The position numbers and the translations under genes were made by a program. From assembly GCF_030684315.1 (NCBI RefSeq), contig NC_081374.1:32896630-32960629 (forward strand): a DNA stretch of 64,000 nucleotides. Direction: 5' to 3'. Positions 12,874-24,149 of the stretch are shown here, piece after piece (position 1 is the first letter of the stretch; every line of letters begins with the position of its first letter). Source of the stretch: Stegostoma tigrinum. Its lineage: Eukaryota. The notes below the pieces were generated by a model, which saw only the letters and a program-made list of their open reading frames with translations, was not told the DNA's origin and made no database searches.

Positions 12874-14273
12874 ATGTATGTCATTGTGGGTGTTTGCTGC
12901 CTGTTCACGAGGATGGGTCAGGTGACCTGGGGCAGAAGCTTTGGGTTAGTCTTGGTCTGACTGTGTCGCTGTTAAGACGTGGAATAAGTTGGTCTTGGTT
13001 CAAGTGATACAGGCATAAAAATAATAATTGGGGACAAGGCTGAATCACGGCCCAGAGATTGTGTTTTTGGAGGGGAGGGAGGAGATCAAATGTCACCCAG
13101 ACCTTTGGAAACAGTGCGGGATTAAGGAGACCACATAGTAGACCTACTGCAAGACAGCGCAAAACGTCAAGGGGAGTGGTTGTGAGGGACTCTGGAAGAC
13201 TGAGTGTCCTCATGGTAGCTCACTGACATCACTGTGGAGAGTATCACTGAGTGGATCCAAGTGGTGGGGAAAAACTCCTGCTAACAGAAGGACAAATAGT
13301 GGCCTGGTGGTGGAACAATGAGATTTGTTTGACAAAGAGACAGAAGGTTGGATTCTGTACAATGAACATTTTAATGTTTTACTTGATGGCAATCCGAGAC
13401 TTTATGGTACGAGTTTTTTTAGGAACCATTAAGTGCAAGACCTTCATGATTTTGAGGAGTCTGATCCAACCAGAGAAACCAGTGGAGAAGACTTTAAAGA
13501 GATATAAAGAACTATGCGAAGCACTGGAAAGTCATTTTGGACCAAAGCTACAGACTACGATGAACTGGCTTGGAGGAGATGGGTGGACCAGCTTGTTTCC
13601 ATTTAAAGGACTGTTATTTTTGATCTTTTCCCCCAAGTTCCCAAAACAAAGCAAAAGCTTAAAAAAAGCAGTAATTACTGTAGCATGAATTTGAGGAAAT
13701 CAGCTCCCGCACTGGAAAAAAAAATTCCCTCTCATTCACCATTTTAATTCCTCCTCTGTGAAGTTCCTCAAAATTCAGAATCTGAACAACAAAAGCCATC
13801 AGACGGATTCGTCTACAAAATGGCATGAGCCTTTGGAAGTCTGAGGGACTATACCAGAAAAGGCTCCCGAGACTTGGAGTTAATCTTCTTCTATTAACTG
13901 CTATTCCCTCTGAGAGCCTAATCATGTTGATGTAAACTGCAGTTTACAATGGGTTACATGGGGATGCAGGAGGTTGGGAGGGGAATGAACATTTACCTAT
14001 GTTTTTGTAAATATTGCTGAATATGTACAAATGTTGGCTATGATATCTGTATAATATTTAAAATTGTTGCATATATCTTCATTGATGGGAGTTTTTGAAC
14101 TAAAGGGGGAAATGTGTATGTATGTCATTGGGGGTGCTTGCTATCCCTTTACAAGAGTAGATCAGGTGACCTGGAGCAGGAGCTTTGGATTAGCCTCAGT
14201 CTGACCTAGTGGCTGCAAAGACGTTGTGGAATAAATTGTTCTGGGTTCAAGTGCTATTCACCTACCCTATAAC
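12874..14273 (+). mobile_element. Internally deleted Gypsy-type LTR retroelement: two LTRs and a gag remnant, no pol
   Basis: Direct repeats at about 12874-13010 and 14113-14260 (ATGTATGTCATTG...TCAGGTGACCTGG.GCAG.AGCTTTGG.TTAG...GGAATAA...GGTTCAAGTG). Purine tract AAAGGGGGAAA at 14102-14112 lies directly before TG. PBS-like TGGGGACAAGG at 13029. Gag-like peptide FLGTIKCKTFMILRSLIQPEKPVEK...ELCEALESHFGPK. Confidence 0.8.
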
Positions 14274-14774
14274 TTCTATAAATTGACCTAAATTGTAACA
14301 AACATAGATCAATAAGGATCCACAAAAGTCTTTATTTAAATTCCCCAACCATCTGTGATGCATGTTGTACAAACCATCAACATTTTTTCCCTGTTTGGAT
14401 GATGAAGTTTGTGAAGAATATATTTGCTGGACAGATTGTTGCTTATCAAAAGGAATAATTGTGATGTCTAATGCAAGCAAATCCCATCAGATGACGATAT
14501 GAAAGAAATTCCAGAAGGTTTTCAAACCACGTTTGTAGAAATAGAGCCACAAGTTTCTCCAGCAGTTCATTCAACTGGCATTCCTATTGGTAAGACCGAG
14601 GCAGATGAAGGCACAGGGATCAATGGTGGAATTATTACTGTTGGGGTTGTGTAAGTAACTAGAATTAGAATAGTGCAGTTACCTCGGAGGAGCCTGAGAG
14701 CAAAGGAGGTGGTAGCAATTGATGGAGCAACAAGGCCATGGAAGAAATAAAAGGGAGATTAAAGATTATAAAGT

Positions 14775-14975
14775 TGACGTGTGATCTAATGATGACCACA
14801 AATTCACTGAGTTGTTGAGGAGAATTCTGAACCAGCAATGTCCTTTAGGGAAAGAAACTGCCGTCCTTACCTGGTCTGAGCCTACATATGAATCCAGATC
14901 CACAGCGCTGAGGTTGATTCTCAACTGCCTTCTGAGCAATAAATTCTGGCCTAGCAACCAACTCCCTCAGCTGCA
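14775..14975 (+). mobile_element. Partial tRNA-SINE family C (central core)
   Basis: AATGTCCTTTAGGGAAAGAAACTGCCGTCCTTACCTGGTCTG...TCCAGATCCACAGC, homologous to 51085-51180. Confidence 0.8.
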
Positions 14976-15301
14976 GAATGAATTTGAAAAGAACTGAGAG
15001 GCGTGTATATTTGTGATCATTGGGTAAACGGATGTACTTTGTCTCCTCATCAAGAAAGAAGCACAGATATGGGAAACTGAATTTGTTTTGGAAGAGTTCA
15101 TGCTTATGGCAGGTAATGCGATGTTAGCTTGGAGTCTATTAGTCAGACTGGTACAGGCTAGGGAGAAGCAGTAAAGACTTGGATGAGGTCTCAGTAGTGG
15201 ATGGTTCTAGTGATGAAATAGAAATGTTTAGAAGCTCATCTCTGGGTTAGCTAATACAGCAAGGTTATGGACAGTCACATATCACAGAGAGGGTTGGAGC
15301 T

Positions 15302-15603
15302 TCATACAGTGTGGAAACAGGCCCTTTGGGCCAACAAGTCCATGCTGACACTCAGAGCAACCCACCCAGACCCATCCCCCTAATCTACACATCCCTGAAT
15401 ACTAGGGGCAATTTAGCATGGCCAATCCACCTAACCTGCACATCTTTGGACTGTGGGAGGAAACCTGACCACCTGGAGGAAACCCACACAGACACGGGGA
15501 GAATTTGCAAACTTCACATGGACAGTCGCCTGAGGGTGGAATTGAACCTGGGTCCCTGGCCCTGCTAGGCAGCAGTGCTAACCACTGAGCCGCTGTGCCA
15601 CCC
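15302..15603 (-). mobile_element. HE1-type V-SINE
   Basis: Reverse complement matches the copy at 5994-6350 (GGGTGGCACAGCGGCTCAGTGGTTAGCACTGCTGCC...). Confidence 0.92.
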
Positions 15604-16329
15604 TAAAGTTGGAGTTGGAGGCCAGGGAATTACTTTTAAAGCTGGGACTGAAAATAATCACAACAGTTTCTGAAAACTTGGTTGAAGGAAATTTCTGCTT
15701 GTCCAGAAACACAAACTGTGTGTGAGAAATACGATACTGTAAAGCAAAATTAGATGTTATCAGTTTATGGGTGTAACTTGAAATTATCTTTTTGTTGCTG
15801 ATGTTGAAGTTAACTTTTTAATGGCAAAGTTGTTCAGGAATAGCAAATAGATAAGAGCTAGGAAGTGACCGAAAATAGATCACTGGGGGCTTCAAAGGGA
15901 GCAGGGAGGGAATGGTGAGAGAGACAATTGTAAATGATTCCCTGGCTAAGTGTAATGAAACGACCAGTAGCAAGTGACAACTGTGAAGGATGGTGCTGAG
16001 GAGGGGAAGCCAAGCAGTTGTGCCTGGATCTCCTCCAGTAAGTGGTGGTCAGTCAGCAATAGATCCTCTTTAGGGGAAGGAGACCTCTTGCGAAGAAAGA
16101 CCAGACAGGCAGGCAAAGGTTTTGTCAACCTAATGTCAAACTATGAGCTTCATTCACTGTAAATACTTCCTTGTTTAGCCATAATCTCCCTTCATGTTTG
16201 TCATGATCTGATGCCAGTGGCAAATAATCCCTGCTTCACAATCTTTCGGTCTTCTATATATTTAAATCTCACCTGTACACTAGACTGACAAAATAAAAAG
16301 GAACAGGGTGAATGCTGTTGCATCCATTC

Positions 16330-17340
16330 AAAGGAGAACTTCTAAAGTTAAGGAGGATGAAGAGGAATAGTTTACCAAAGTCATAGCCATCTATGAGTTT
16401 GAGGGTGTCAAGCAAATACTGAGACTTAATACCTGTTTTGGTACAGAGGGTTCTGGGTATCCATACACATTCTCCAGGTAATAACACAAATGGAATTTTT
16501 GCATTTATTGCAAAAGAATAGTGTATAAAAGTAGGGAAATGTTGATGCAACTTCACATGGCATTAGTGAGACTGTGCCTGGAATATTGTGCGCAATTTAT
16601 GGGCCCCTTACATGAGGAGGGATATAGCTGAGTTGGAGGCAGTTCAGAGGAGGTTCACTAGAGTGATTACAGAGGAGATTCCAAAGATATGCAGGTTAGG
16701 TGGGTCGGCCATGCTAAATTGCCCACAGTGGTCCAGGGATGGGCCAGCCAGGTGGGCTAGCCATGGGAAATGCAGAGTTATAGGGATAGGGTAGGGGGGG
16801 TAGTTCTGGGTAGTATGCCATTTTGGAGGATTGGCACGGACTGTGTGCTGAATGGCCTGCTTTCACACTTTTGAGATGCTATGATTCTATGAAGCGGGGT
16901 TTGTTTTATGAAGAGACATTGAGCAGTTTAGGCTTGTACACTCTGGAGCTCAAAAAAAATGAGAGGAGATCTAATTGAAGCATAGCAGATGCTAAAGGAG
17001 ATTGAAAAAGTAGATATAGAAAGGATATTTCTTTGTGGGGAAATCTAGAACAAGTGGTCATAGTTTTAGGATAAGGGTTGGCAGATTTAAGAGATGAGGA
17101 GAAATTACTTCTCTCAAAGGATTATGGAATTGTGGGATTCGCTTACCCAGATTGCTGTGGATCCTGGGACGTTGAGTAAATTTAGGGAGGAGTTAGACAT
17201 AATTTTAGTTAGTAATGGGTTGAAGGTTAATGGAGTATGGGGTTGAGGTTGAGATGAGGTCACTTATGATCGTATCGAATGGTAGAGAAGTCTGGAGGGG
17301 CTGTATTGCAGATTCCTACTGCTTGTTCTTGTGTTCTTTC
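16330..17340 (+). mobile_element. Degenerate CR1 LINE 3' part (RT C-terminus to tail), interrupted by an HE1 SINE
   Basis: Peptide remnants LWAPYMRRDIAELEAVQRRFTR and RGDLIEA, NYFSQR-like DNA, and tail TTGTTCTTGTGTTCT. Confidence 0.85.
16678..16891 (+). mobile_element. 5'-truncated HE1-type SINE nested in CR1
   Basis: TCCAAAGATATGCAGGTTAGGTGG...GCCATGCTAAATTGCCC...GATGCTATGATTCTAT. The CR1 frame resumes right after it. Confidence 0.85.
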
Positions 17341-17913
17341 AATGCAAGTAGTCCTCCAAAGTGCAAAATGCAAGTTCAACAATCTCCTGCTGAACAGGCA
17401 AACGGGTCACTAGCTTCTGGATGTTTGAATTTTACTATACCTTTGACCCCCTCAGTTTGTTATATCATCTGTCAAATATAACAGTGCAATGAGACTCACC
17501 TTTTTAATTTGATAAAAAACTATGGGTCATCAAGGCAGTATATTTCACAATGTGATCTGAATGTACAATATCAATTGCTTCACTGATAGTTTCATTCCTG
17601 TAGTGAGAGATTATCTTGCTTGTGTTATTCCTCTGAACATAGCTACAGTTTTTTAAGCTGACAGGTTGTTCATGAGATTAAAATGCATTACCTTTAATTC
17701 AAACCGTGTAGATCATATGGGTTAAATTTTAACTGCTGGCTGCCCCACTTTGAGGCTTGGATTGCATAGTACAAACTGAAGATAAATTGAAGGGGAAAAT
17801 CTGGATTTTATCCTTTTTTCTTTTTTTAAAAGAAAGGAAATATTAAGTTTGAAAGAAGTACAGATGGCTGAATACACTTGAATATACTTTATTAATGTCT
17901 GAAAACAATTTAA

Positions 17914-18840
17914 AGTCATAACAAGTCCTGGAAACAGACCTTTTGGTCCAACCAATCCATGCCAACCATGTTCCAAACTAAACTAGTTTCACCTGCCTGC
18001 GTTTGGCCCATATCCCTTGAAACCTTTCCATTCATGAACTTATCCAAATACCTTTTAAATGTCGTAACTGTACCTGCATCTACCACCTCCTCTGGCAGTT
18101 CATTCCACACATGAACCACTCTCTGTGCAAAATAACTTGCCCCTCAAAGGCCTGAGCACTGCAGGCAAGCATGCTAAATGTCTCCCTAACCATCCTGTCT
18201 ACCTGTAATGCAAATTTCAAAGAATTATATACCTGGAACTCTTGATCTGTCTGTTCTACAACACTACCTAGGGCCCCAAATTTAATTGTATAGGTCTTGT
18301 CCTTGTTTGTTTTACCAAAATGCAATACCTCACATTTATCCAAATTAAACACCAACTGCCACTACATAGTTGATCAAGATCTCTTTGTAATCTTGCAGAT
18401 GACACCAAAATTGATGGTATTGTGGACAGTGAAGAAGGTTATCTAAGATGGAGTATGATTTTGTAAACCTTTATTAAGGCTTATAGCATCATGAGGGACA
18501 TAGATCAGGTGAATTACAAGGGTCTTTTCCTTAGGGTGGGGGAGTTCAAAACTAGGGGGCATATTTTTAAAGTAAAAGGAGAAAGATTTAAAAAGGACAA
18601 TCTTTTTAGACAGAGGTTGGTTCGTGTGTGGAGTGAACTGCCTGAGAAAGTGTTGGAAGCAGCTACAGTTACAGCATTTAAAATATATTTGCATAAATAT
18701 ATGAATAGGAAACTTTTGCAGGGATATAGGCCAATTGTAGGCAGGTGAGACTAGTTTAGTTTGGGAATGTGGTCAGCATGGACGGGTTGGACCGAAAAGT
18801 CTGTTTTGATGATGTATGATTCTGACTCTTTACAACTCTA
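17914..18840. mobile_element. Head-to-head CR1 composite: - arm 17914-18393 and + arm 18394-18840, each internally deleted and each with a 3' tail
   Basis: The - arm encodes FNLDKCEVLHFGKTN and VWNELPEEVVDAGTVTTFKRYLD. The + arm encodes ADDTKIDGIVDSEEGY, then jumps to MRDIDQVNYKGLF...VWSELPEKV. Confidence 0.85.
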
Positions 18841-20124
18841 GATTGTTTTCAAAATTAAGAATGTTATTCGAATGCATAGTTTTCGCAGTACTCCTTTCTA
18901 TGAGGTGATGCTCGGAACAAAATGCCTTTGCTTCTAAAATTTGGAACGTAAAATCTGTTGAGTTGGAAAAGGATTTCAATTTCATATACAGTCAATTTCT
19001 TAACTCAGAAAATGCACATGAGTTGTGTTATGCCCTATTTCTGTTACAGTGAAACTAACAATGTCAGGCAACTTTAGAAGACGAAGCTTTTTGTGTGCAC
19101 TTACAAATGACTTTGGGCAGTTGGAATAGCACGTAAAGCTCCTTTAAAGTACTGACAAAAAAGGTTGGCGTTACAGCTGTTTAAAACCACAGACCTTGCA
19201 AATATATCAGTCACTGTATTCATGCCAAGCGTCACATTTTTGTGGTGCACAAATACAGTACATATTGTGCTCTGTGCCACTCTAGTGTTTTACATTGATT
19301 TCATGATAATTTTTTTCAGATAATTGTTTAATAAAAAGCTGATCTAAGCAGAGGATTTAAATGTTTGACTGTTCCTGTTATGGATAATAGTATTCATAAA
19401 CTATTAGACCATTTTTAACTTGTATAACACCTTACATGACCTCAGCGTGTCTCAAGTGCCAATCACGTATTTTTGCACAGTTGTCATCATTGAGAAATGG
19501 AAGCAAGTTAAAACATAGTTAATTATTCAATTCCAACTGAGTTTTTGTTTTATTCGAACAGAAATCTGTCAACCCTCTGAAATGTTCTAAAATCATAGGA
19601 CATGTCCAGAAAATGCACTTTGTTAAAGTGTAATTTTTATTAATATAGAAAAGATTTCTCTGGTTTGAAAATCTGTTGTAACTTTTGTTCATTTAGTCAA
19701 TACAATTTTTAAAAGTTCAGCACCTTGAGGCAGTAACTTTGCTGTAAGATGGAACTGTCCTTGAAGTGTGTGTCTGCAGAAGTTGTTTAGAGGATGAGCA
19801 AATCTTGAATCCTTATTTTATTACAGGTAGGAGATATGTGTAGGAGGACAGTACATGTTGTTAAAGATGTAGCATATATTTTTGCCAGATAAGTGTCTGT
19901 TAGTAGGTTAAGGATTTGAAGTAAGAGAAGGTATCAAATAATATTTTGAAATTTAAAATGGTTTCCAAATTGTTTTATATCATCTTTTGAAAGAAAGCTT
20001 AGATAGTTAAAAGCTACTAGAAAAGAAAACAGTTAAGACTCCATTTCTATCATACAAATATAATCTTACAGGAACAGGAATTTTCCAGTTGTTGCCAACA
20101 ATTTTTGCCATTTAGTTTTGGAAA

Positions 20125-20600
20125 ATGTTCCCAAGCTAAACTAGTCCCACCTGCCTGCACTTGACCTATATCCCTCCCGATGTTCCTATTCATGTACACA
20201 TGCAAATGTGTTTTATACATCGTAACTATAGGTACATCCACCACTTTCTCTGGCAGTTCACTTCACAGACGAACCACTCTCTGCCTAAAAAAAAGTTTCC
20301 TTCCTGTCCATTTTTAACCCTTTCTCCTCTCACCTTAAACACATGCCCTCTAGTTTTGAACTTCCCCACCCGGAGGAAAAAACCCTTATAATTCACCTTA
20401 CCTGTGCCCCTCATGATGTTATAAGCCCCAATAAGGTTGATAAGATCATATTCAATCTTAGATAACCTTCTTCAATGTCCACTATATCACCAATTTTGGT
20501 GTGATCTGCAAAATTACAAAGAGATCTTGATCAAATGAGTCAATGTGCTGCGGAGTGGCAGATGCTGTTTAATTTTGGACAAATATAGATTTTGCATCTT
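20125..20600. mobile_element. Second, inverted and partial copy of the CR1 composite
   Basis: Same inversion junction (ATCTGCA|A[A/G]ATTACAAAGAGATCTTGATCAA) and same internal deletion junction as 17914-18840. Confidence 0.8.
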
Positions 20601-20949
20601 GCAGTCCTTAATCTCAATATTTGATGTATAATTACTTGGAAAATTGGTGGTAAAATAAAAGTTGTAGGATGAATAATTGTTTCTGTGACTTGAATATTTC
20701 AATTGTGGTATGGTCTGTACTATTTCACCTACCTATTATAATGTATTCAGTGACAATGCAAAATATCCACAATCTGATTCCACATGAGTTTATGCAGATC
20801 CAATGTCAGAAATGTAGACAGAAATGTGCATGTATTTTGTTCTTTCAAAAGTTGTATTTTAATATTGTTTTATAACTCTGCAGCTAGTAATCATTCTGTA
20901 CAGGGAATTGACAGAGATGTTTAATAATTACTTTGCATCCTCAGTATTT

Positions 20950-22045
20950 ACAGTAGAACAGGAGGATAAATTTGCCAAAAGGCTCGATGAAATTTATAGT
21001 GGATAGGGAACAGGGACTAAATAATTTCATCCCTAATGAGAAAAATAATGGAATTGAGGAGTGACAGATCCCTAATGATTTCCATCCAAGGGTGTTAAAG
21101 AAAGTAGGGGAGCGTATTACAGATGCCTGTAATCTCTCCAAGCTCCCTAGATACAAGAGCCTTTCCTTCCAGATTGAAAATTATACATCTCACTCTGCTT
21201 TTTAAGCAGAGTGAAAGAGGAAAAGCAGGGATTTGCAGATTAGTTAGCCTAACATCCATGGTGGGGAAAATACTGGAGTCTATAATCCAGGATGGGGTCA
21301 TTGAATACCTTAAATTAGAGAGAATGTAGATTCATGATGTGTCAGTCATGTCTGACGGATCTCATTGAATTTTTTTGAAGAGATGTCTAAGGTATTGGAC
21401 AGGGAATGTCTATGGGTGTTGTTTTGATGGATTTCCAGAAGGCATTTGATAATGATCCATGTCACCAATGGTAAAAGCCTATGGAATTGAGGGTAGATTA
21501 GTGACATGGCTGGGAAATTAAGTGGCAGTTGACAGAAAGTGGGGATAATGGGTAAGTACTCAAATTGGCAGGATATGACCAGTGGCATTCCAAAAGGATC
21601 TCTGTTTAGGCTTCAATTATTCACATTTCTTAACAATTTGGATAATGGCATGGAAAGTTAGATATACAAATTTGTCAATGATGCAAAATTAGGGTTACAT
21701 GATAACATTTCAAAGGGTTATGCATAGATTGAACTCCATCTTCCACAGTTTTAATGTAAGCAAGTGTGAGGTTATCCATTTTGGACCAATTAAATGATAG
21801 ACCAGGGTACTTTTGAGATGGTATTAAGTTAAACATGATGGATATGCAAAGACATCTAATTGTTCATGTGCATAGGTATTTGAAATGTCACAAATAGGTG
21901 CAGAAATTATTCAAGAAAGCTAATGGAATTCTGGTGCTCATATCTAGAGGACTGGCATATTAGGAAGAGAAGTTTTATATTGCAGTTATACAAAATCCCG
22001 GTTAGGCCCTACTTGTAATGCTGACAGTGGATTGGTGCACCACAA
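20950..22045 (+). mobile_element. Old CR1 LINE RT fragment
   Basis: Remnants of HPRVLK, RLVSLTSMVGKILESII, MDFQKAFD, SGIPKGS and KFVND, with frameshifts and stops. Confidence 0.85.
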
Positions 22046-22394
22046 AACTCATATTTTCTTGATGTCTAAAATTTGCTGCATTCTACTGCCTGTTAATACT
22101 CTGTGTAGAAAGAATAAAGTACATCAGAGAAGCCAAAAAAAACAAATTTGTTCATTCTACAATTTGTAAAAACAAACATTGAAATCCTAAACCACTTTAA
22201 TGTAATGGCTTCCAACCATTCATTCATTGTGTTCTTGTGAATTCCATTGTTCTGAGCCATTAGGTCCTAAATATCTGAAGAGCTCAGCCAGACACATCTG
22301 CTTTCCAAAATATTCAAAACGACAAGTCTGTAAATTTTCAAGATGTCCGTTCGTCCTTGAGTGCAGTTTGCCAACCAGCCTTGATGCCCATTGA

Positions 22395-22632
22395 ACGAAA
22401 ACAAAATTGCTGGAAAGGCTCAGCAGGTCTGGCAGCACCTGTGAAGGCAAAAACCAGAGTTAACATTTCAGGTCCAGTGACCCTTCCTCAGAACAGTTCT
22501 GAGGAGGGGTCATTGAATCCAGAATGTTAACTGTTTTTGCCTTCACAGATGCTGCCAGACCTGCTTAGCTTTTCCAGCAACTTTGTTTATTTTTCATGAT
22601 TTGCAGCACCTGCAGTTCCTTTGGTTTTTAAC
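22395..22632. mobile_element. Palindromic Penelope-like family B insertion with 13-bp TSD and a hammerhead-like core on each strand
   Basis: Inverted arms 22399-22494 and 22496-22588. TSD TGATGCCCATTGA (22382-22394) / TGATGTCCATTGA (22633-22645). Confidence 0.88.
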
Positions 22633-23854
22633 TGATGTCCATTGAGGTCGGCTTCTTTGTATGGTGTCACACAGTATGTGATTTCATTTTTTGTGGGGCT
22701 TTAGTTCTGCTACAGAGCCAAATGGGGAGTTGACTGCAGAGCTATTTAGTCAGTGCAATTGCATCTTTAGCAATTTACTGTTTCAACTAAGTGAAATAAT
22801 TAGACAGAATACTTGAGACCATATTTCCTGCCTGGTCCCCTGCTCTGTGACTGAGTTATGCAATTTATTAGGGGTGAAATATGCTTTTCAGATGAAGTGT
22901 GCACTCAATGTCCCTGGTTTGACCATTTTTTTTATGACTCACTTGAGTGGAAGTTACAGACCAGTAAGGCCTCCTAGCTGCTAACATTGAGGCCTTCTGA
23001 CTGTTACTCTCCAGCAGCAGCTTAAAAACACAAGTCCCAAGTCTAAACATTCTATGAAAAAGATGAAAAAAAGAATTGCCTTGTCCCATGTGTAAGACAG
23101 AAAAGTCTGCACCAATATATTTAGGCATTTCAGTCAACATACTTTACTAGAAGTTAGGAAAGAGATGCTAGAAGCATGTGTATAAATGTGTATAAAAAAA
23201 ACTAGAAAAGGCAATAATGCCTAAGAACTCATGAACCTTTAATATCATTCTTGCATTTAAAAAGGAAGATAGAACATGTCCAAGAAACAATGGATGAGTT
23301 GACTTAAGATTAAGAATGAAAGCATCACTCAAAGATATAACTAAGTAAAATAATTCTAGGAAATAAAATTATAATAATACAGACTTTCAAAGGGAAAGTC
23401 ATTGCTCACAAATCTTTTGAATTATTTGAAGAAGTAACAAAATGTAAACAAGGTTATATAATATATTTGGAATTTTATCAACAGTATGGTAGAATCCTGA
23501 CTCTGGAGTCACAAGATAGGTCGTATATCTTGAGCTAGAATAATAGAAGACAATTCGGTTTAAGGTTGTTGCTTGAGCCAGCAAAGGTGGGAAGTGGTTA
23601 TCCACGTGGATCAGTCCATGAAACATTGTTGTTGACAGCTTATATAATTATGCAGTTGGGAAATGAAAATACTCTTTTGAAAGATCCCACAATTTGACAA
23701 CATTTCAATCCTGCTTACGTTAAGGATTATATAAGACCAATGATCAGTTGGACAGTACATACTGTTCTTACAAACAGTAAAAATAAAGGACCACATGTTG
23801 TAGGCATATTTTAATTCAGTGACAGCTTTTGGAAAAACCATTCTTTGGTGCATT

Positions 23855-24090
23855 CCCCATGGCAATGCTTAAATCAATGAGAATCGACTTGCCTGGTTTG
23901 AATTTAAACAAAAGCTCGACAGTTAACTGTACCCCAGTGCATTTCCATGGAGATACCTCTAGCAATCAGGGTCTGCTTGCCAACCAATTAACGCCCTGTT
24001 CTGATGCAACATAAATTGTTGTTCCCTTTGAGATTTTGTATTTGTGACTCTGCCCTGATGTGGACAAGATAAAAGCTTTGATTGCATATT
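23855..24090 (+). repeat. Unclassified repeat family E, possibly a PLE terminus; second copy at 43205-43400 (-)
   Basis: Shared CATGGCAAT...AGAATC.AC.TG.CTGGT.TGA and terminal CAAGAT(G)AAAAGCTT. Confidence 0.55.
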
Positions 24091-24149
24091 CTGCTTTTTG
24101 GTAATATTAATAAATCTGTGGACAACAGTTTATGCATCAGCTACACCTT

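Noticed and set aside
17501-17597. Minus-strand exon-like segment with an AAG|gtgagt donor
   Set aside because: Stops in all frames and no other support.
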